In this document: positions 44,934-47,587 of the stretch, one piece after another | Position numbering within the stretch: position 1 is the stretch's first letter | Layout of the letters: the number at the start of each line of letters is the position of its first letter | Assembly: GCA_040376505.1 (NCBI GenBank) | Contig: JBEIQK010000001.1 | Location: forward strand, 1 to 47,587 | DNA from: Alphaproteobacteria bacterium | Lineage (GTDB): Bacteria; Myxococcota_A; UBA796; UBA2385 | Direction: 5' to 3' | Length of the DNA stretch: 47,587 bases | The notes under the pieces: generated by a model | What the model was told of the DNA's origin: nothing | The model's database searches: none | The model's input: the letters and a program-made list of their open reading frames with translations, nothing else | Made by a program: the position numbers and the translations under genes

Positions 44934-45878
44934 TTAGCGGCCCAAACACAGCTCAGCCACCTTGGCCAAGGCCCGCCCGACCAGCATGTCGTAGATCCCG
45001 CAGATGACGGCGCTCACGCGCGGCAGGCGGACGAGGCCAGGGTCCTCGGCCCGCAGGTCGAGGATCTGCCCGCCGACGTCCTCCATCCAAATGCCCCGGG
45101 CGACCTGCCGGGGCTGGGTGAGCTCGGGACAAATCTGGTGGAGCATCCACATCGGCAGGGTGCAGGTCATGCCGTCGGCCAGCTCGCGCTCGAGATCGGC
45201 CAGGGCGTCGGCCGCCTGGATGACGAGCCCCACCCGAAAGAAGGCCTCCCGCTCCGCTGCGGTGAGCGGGCGGGACCCGGCCGGCAGGGCGCCCACCGAG
45301 GCGATGATCAGCAGCCACAGGCCGCTGGTGTCGGCGGTCACCCGCAGGATCTCCTCCTGCTCAATGCTCTCGGGGGGTGCAAAGAGGACCTCCGCCGAGG
45401 CCACCTGGGCCGCCCAGCCGAGGCGCAGCAGGGCGTGGGTGAAGGCGAGGCGCTCGGGGCTGCTGGCGAGGGCCCGCAGCCGGCGACCGGCCTCGGCGGC
45501 CAGCGCGCAGCGGGGGCTGGGGTCGGCAGGATGGCCACGCAGCACCGAGGCGAGGGTGGGGCGCAGGTAGGCCTCGGCCGCGGCGGCCCGACTCGGGCGG
45601 TCCCAGGCGCGGGCCTCGGCGAAGAAGAGCGCGCGATCGATGTGATCATCGTCCACCTTGCTGAGAACCGCGAGCAAGGCCCCCGCCTCGGACAGCGCTT
45701 CGTCGGGCTGGCTGCCCAGATCCACCGCGGCAAACATCGCCAGATCGCCCAGACCTGCACAGAGATGCAGCCGCGAAGCCGAGAGCCGGTGGGCCGCGGA
45801 GAGCCAGGGAGACAGCGCATCCGCGCGGCGGGCGCCGCGACGGATCAGACCATCCAGCGCAGACGGATCGTAGTTCAT
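44934..45878 (-). CDS. divergent squalene/phytoene-synthase-like (isoprenoid synthase fold) protein
   Basis: 314 aa, all-helical in appearance. First Asp-rich motif is KVDDDHID (compare CrtB DDVID). The second region, IQAADALADLERELADGMTCTLP, has the same spacing as Q-x-x-N-x-x-R-D-x-x-x-D-x-x-x-G-R-x-Y-L-P, but Asn becomes Asp and Arg becomes Ala. Confidence 0.4.
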   Translation of the reverse strand: MNYDPSALDGLIRRGARRADALSPWLSAAHRLSASRLHLCAGLGDLAMFAAVDLGSQPDEALSEAGALLAVLSKVDDDHIDRALFFAEARAWDRPSRAAAAEAYLRPTLASVLRGHPADPSPRCALAAEAGRRLRALASSPERLAFTHALLRLGWAAQVASAEVLFAPPESIEQEEILRVTADTSGLWLLIIASVGALPAGSRPLTAAEREAFFRVGLVIQAADALADLERELADGMTCTLPMWMLHQICPELTQPRQVARGIWMEDVGGQILDLRAEDPGLVRLPRVSAVICGIYDMLVGRALAKVAELCLGR

Positions 45879-45964
45879 GGCGATTTCGAGCCTCGATGAA
45901 GCTCCTACCGCCCCCGTTTACCGGTGTAAATACAGGGCTGAATAAAAACCCCCCCCTGCATGGT

Positions 45965-46462
45965 TCAACCCCGGGCGCTGCCCTCGGCCCAGCGCCGCAG
46001 GGCGCCAAAGCCACCGCCGGCCGCCGCCTCGGCGAGCAGCCGCTCCAGCCGCTTGCGGTCCACCCGGGCGTCATCCTGGCCGAGGGGCGGGGCCTCGGGC
46101 TGCAGGCCGCCGGCGCGCAGGGCGATGGCCCAGGCCTCGCAGGCATAGGCGAAGGTCTCCCGCCGTCGCGGCGGCACGCCGATCAGGAGCCCCTCACCGC
46201 TGAGGCCCACCTCGTCGCGGCGCAGCAGGTGCAGCAGGTGGGCGACCTCGTGCACCAGCACATCGCTGTGGGGGCTGGCGGCGAAGGCCCGCGGCAGCAC
46301 CCAGGCGCAGCCCGCGGCGCAGATGCCGTCGAGCTGGGGCACATCGTCGGAGAGCGTGGGCACGCGCAGATCGTCGAGGAGTAGGTTGGCGAGGTCCCAG
46401 GCGGTGGAGAGGGGCACGGCCAGGGCGGCGGCGGGAAAGGTGGAGGGCGTCAGCACCCGCAC
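45965..46462 (-). CDS. HExxH zinc-peptidase-like protein (ImmA/IrrE, M78-like); start uncertain
   Basis: This is the 3' part of ORF 45965..46789. It has host-like codon usage (CCC/GCC). VLVHEVAHLLH is followed about 25 aa later by ETFAYACEAWAIAL (E..A..A..L as in M78). The only candidate starts are GTG 46462/46456, right at the composition breakpoint. Confidence 0.4.
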   Translation of the reverse strand: MRVLTPSTFPAAALAVPLSTAWDLANLLLDDLRVPTLSDDVPQLDGICAAGCAWVLPRAFAASPHSDVLVHEVAHLLHLLRRDEVGLSGEGLLIGVPPRRRETFAYACEAWAIALRAGGLQPEAPPLGQDDARVDRKRLERLLAEAAAGGGFGALRRWAEGSARG

Positions 46463-46468
46463 CCGGGT

Positions 46469-46789
46469 GGGGATCACCGCGATCAGCGTGCCGAGCAGGT
46501 CGACCAGCGCGCGGCCCCGCGTGCCGAAGCCGGCATAGAGGACGTCGACGCGGACATGGCCGTCGTGGAGGAACGTATAGCCGATGGTCAGCATGAAGAG
46601 CGTCGCGTGGACGTAGATCACGCTCTCCTGCATCGCGATGAAGCTGGTGCCGAACAGGTAGCGCAGCACGACCACTGCGAACTGGATCAGGACGAGCAGG
46701 GTGGCCAGCCACATCAGGCGGCGGCCGACCTGCTCGTTGATCCAGTCGCACAGGCGCGCAATCGCGGTGAGCGCTGTCATAGGCTGCAC
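46469..46789 (-). pseudogene. dctQ: TRAP transporter small permease (DctQ) fragment, truncated after about 107 codons
   Basis: MQPMTALTAIARLCDWINEQVGRRLMWLATLLVLIQFAVVVLRYLF ... HVRVDVLY ... LLGTLIAVIP matches the first 2.5 helices of DctQ-type proteins. The remaining helices are missing, and the reading frame continues into unrelated sequence. Confidence 0.6.
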
Positions 46790-46820
46790 CGGCTCGCGCG
46801 ATCGCAGACCAGGGAACCGC

Positions 46821-47587
46821 TCAGCCCCACTTGATCGGGAGCCGGCGGGCGTTCATCACGCCGTTATAGGCCTGCGACGTGTACTCCGCCTGGAGATTGC
46901 GGAACGCGACGTAGGACTCGGCGATCTTCTTCACGAGCGGATCCGCGTCGCCGCGGATCTCGGCCAGCACCTCGCCGGCGGCATTGCCGAAGGCGATCAG
47001 CAGGTCGCGCGGGACTTCGCGCACGACGACGCCGTGCTTGCTGACCAGTTCGGCGACCGCGGCCGGGTGCTTCTGGTCGTATTCGGTCAGCGATTCCATG
47101 TACGAGGCCTGGGCCGCGAACTGGACGACCTGCTTGAGGTCGGCCGGCAGCGCGTCGAACTTCGCCTTGTTGACGCCGATCTCCTCCGCCGAGGAGGGCT
47201 CCTGGACACCCGGGAAGTAGTAGTTCTTCGCGACCTGGTGGAACCCGAGCGCGGCGTCGTTCCACGGTCCGATGAACTCGGCCGCGTCGATCGTGCCGGC
47301 GCGCAGCGCGGCGAAGATCTCGCCGCCGGGCAGTGTCACGACCGAGGCGCCGGCGCGACGGAACATCTCGCTGCCGAGCCCGGCGGTGCGGAAGCGCAGG
47401 CCGCGGAAATCGTCGAGCGAGTTGATCTCCTTGCGGAACCAGCCCAGCCATTGCGGGCCGCTGTCGCCGCACATGAACGGCTTGATGCCGAAGCGTGCGT
47501 ACATCTCGTCGTAGAGCGCGCCGCCGCCGCCGAAATTGAGCCACGCCTGCAGTTCCTGCGCGACCATGCCGAACGGGAACGAGCCGA
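46821..47587 (-). CDS. dctP: TRAP transporter substrate-binding protein (DctP family), 5' end beyond window edge
   Basis: The frame is open to the window edge (..GSFPFGMVAQELQAWLNFGGG..). GWFRKEINSLDDFRGLRFR, GGEIFAALRAGTIDAAEF and YYFPG are typical of the family. Codon usage is CCG/GCG/TCG-rich, unlike the rest of the window. Confidence 0.85.
   Translation of the reverse strand, partial: GSFPFGMVAQELQAWLNFGGGGALYDEMYARFGIKPFMCGDSGPQWLGWFRKEINSLDDFRGLRFRTAGLGSEMFRRAGASVVTLPGGEIFAALRAGTIDAAEFIGPWNDAALGFHQVAKNYYFPGVQEPSSAEEIGVNKAKFDALPADLKQVVQFAAQASYMESLTEYDQKHPAAVAELVSKHGVVVREVPRDLLIAFGNAAGEVLAEIRGDADPLVKKIAESYVAFRNLQAEYTSQAYNGVMNARRLPIKWG

Noticed and set aside
39285-45899. ORFs 39285..40250(-), 40578..42902(+), 41894..43687(+ 5' part), 43679..44884(-), 43477..44937(+) and 44766..45899(+)
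   Set aside because: They are antisense or off-frame to CotH, the regulator/kinase pair, the hydrolase and the synthase-like gene. All have Arg/Gly/Pro-rich shadow composition.
45958-45975. tRNA-like GGTTCAACC string
   Set aside because: No flanking complementary T-stem, acceptor stem or anticodon arm could be drawn. It overlaps the stop codon of the peptidase-like ORF.
1-47587. Search for CRISPR arrays, IS elements or transposases, integrases, rRNA and tRNA genes
   Set aside because: No regularly spaced direct repeats, no DDE or tyrosine-recombinase-like translations and no structured RNA gene signatures were noticed on either strand. This was done by eye, so short or degenerate elements could have been missed.

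Overview
High-GC (roughly 70%) bacterial window that cuts genes at both ends, so it may be a whole draft or MAG contig. All calls rest on motif recognition in the supplied ORF translations and on reading the DNA by eye; no searches were run. Gene content and codon usage (GCC/CCC/CTG-rich, MYXO-CTERM-like sorting tail, Asp/Cys-rich metal-binding-motif repeat proteins, HRDVS-type Ser/Thr kinase with PEGA domain, CotH) point to a Myxococcota-like organism for about 1-46,460. I support about 40 protein genes. They include recN, msrA, serC-serA, a cheA-cheW-cheR-cheB cluster with a divergent YcgR-like PilZ gene, two tandem REC-EAL response regulators, a histidine kinase with an NtrC-family regulator, a fused MFS/spermidine-synthase, a Tat-exported molybdoenzyme, a TolB-like/amidohydrolase giant, a rhomboid, an M48 peptidase and a CotH kinase. 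No rRNA, tRNA, CRISPR array or transposase was seen. Most of the very long ORFs in the track are antisense shadows of real genes, as expected at this GC content. Main second-look items: (1) cheA is split by a frame change inside a C9 homopolymer. (2) The last ~1.1 kb (TRAP transporter dctQ/dctP) has a different codon dialect, and dctQ is cut after about 107 codons and fused in frame to an unrelated HExxH peptidase-like ORF, which suggests an assembly chimera or HGT breakpoint near 46,465. (3) An orphan two-gene module of an ImmA/IrrE-like peptidase plus a divergent squalene/phytoene-synthase-like protein sits at that breakpoint. (4) The NtrC-family regulator appears to lack the GAFTGA sigma-54 contact loop. 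(5) The Che cluster has no MCP or CheY but is surrounded by c-di-GMP components. I could not identify a clearly novel multi-gene system with confidence; the candidates are listed with their limits.
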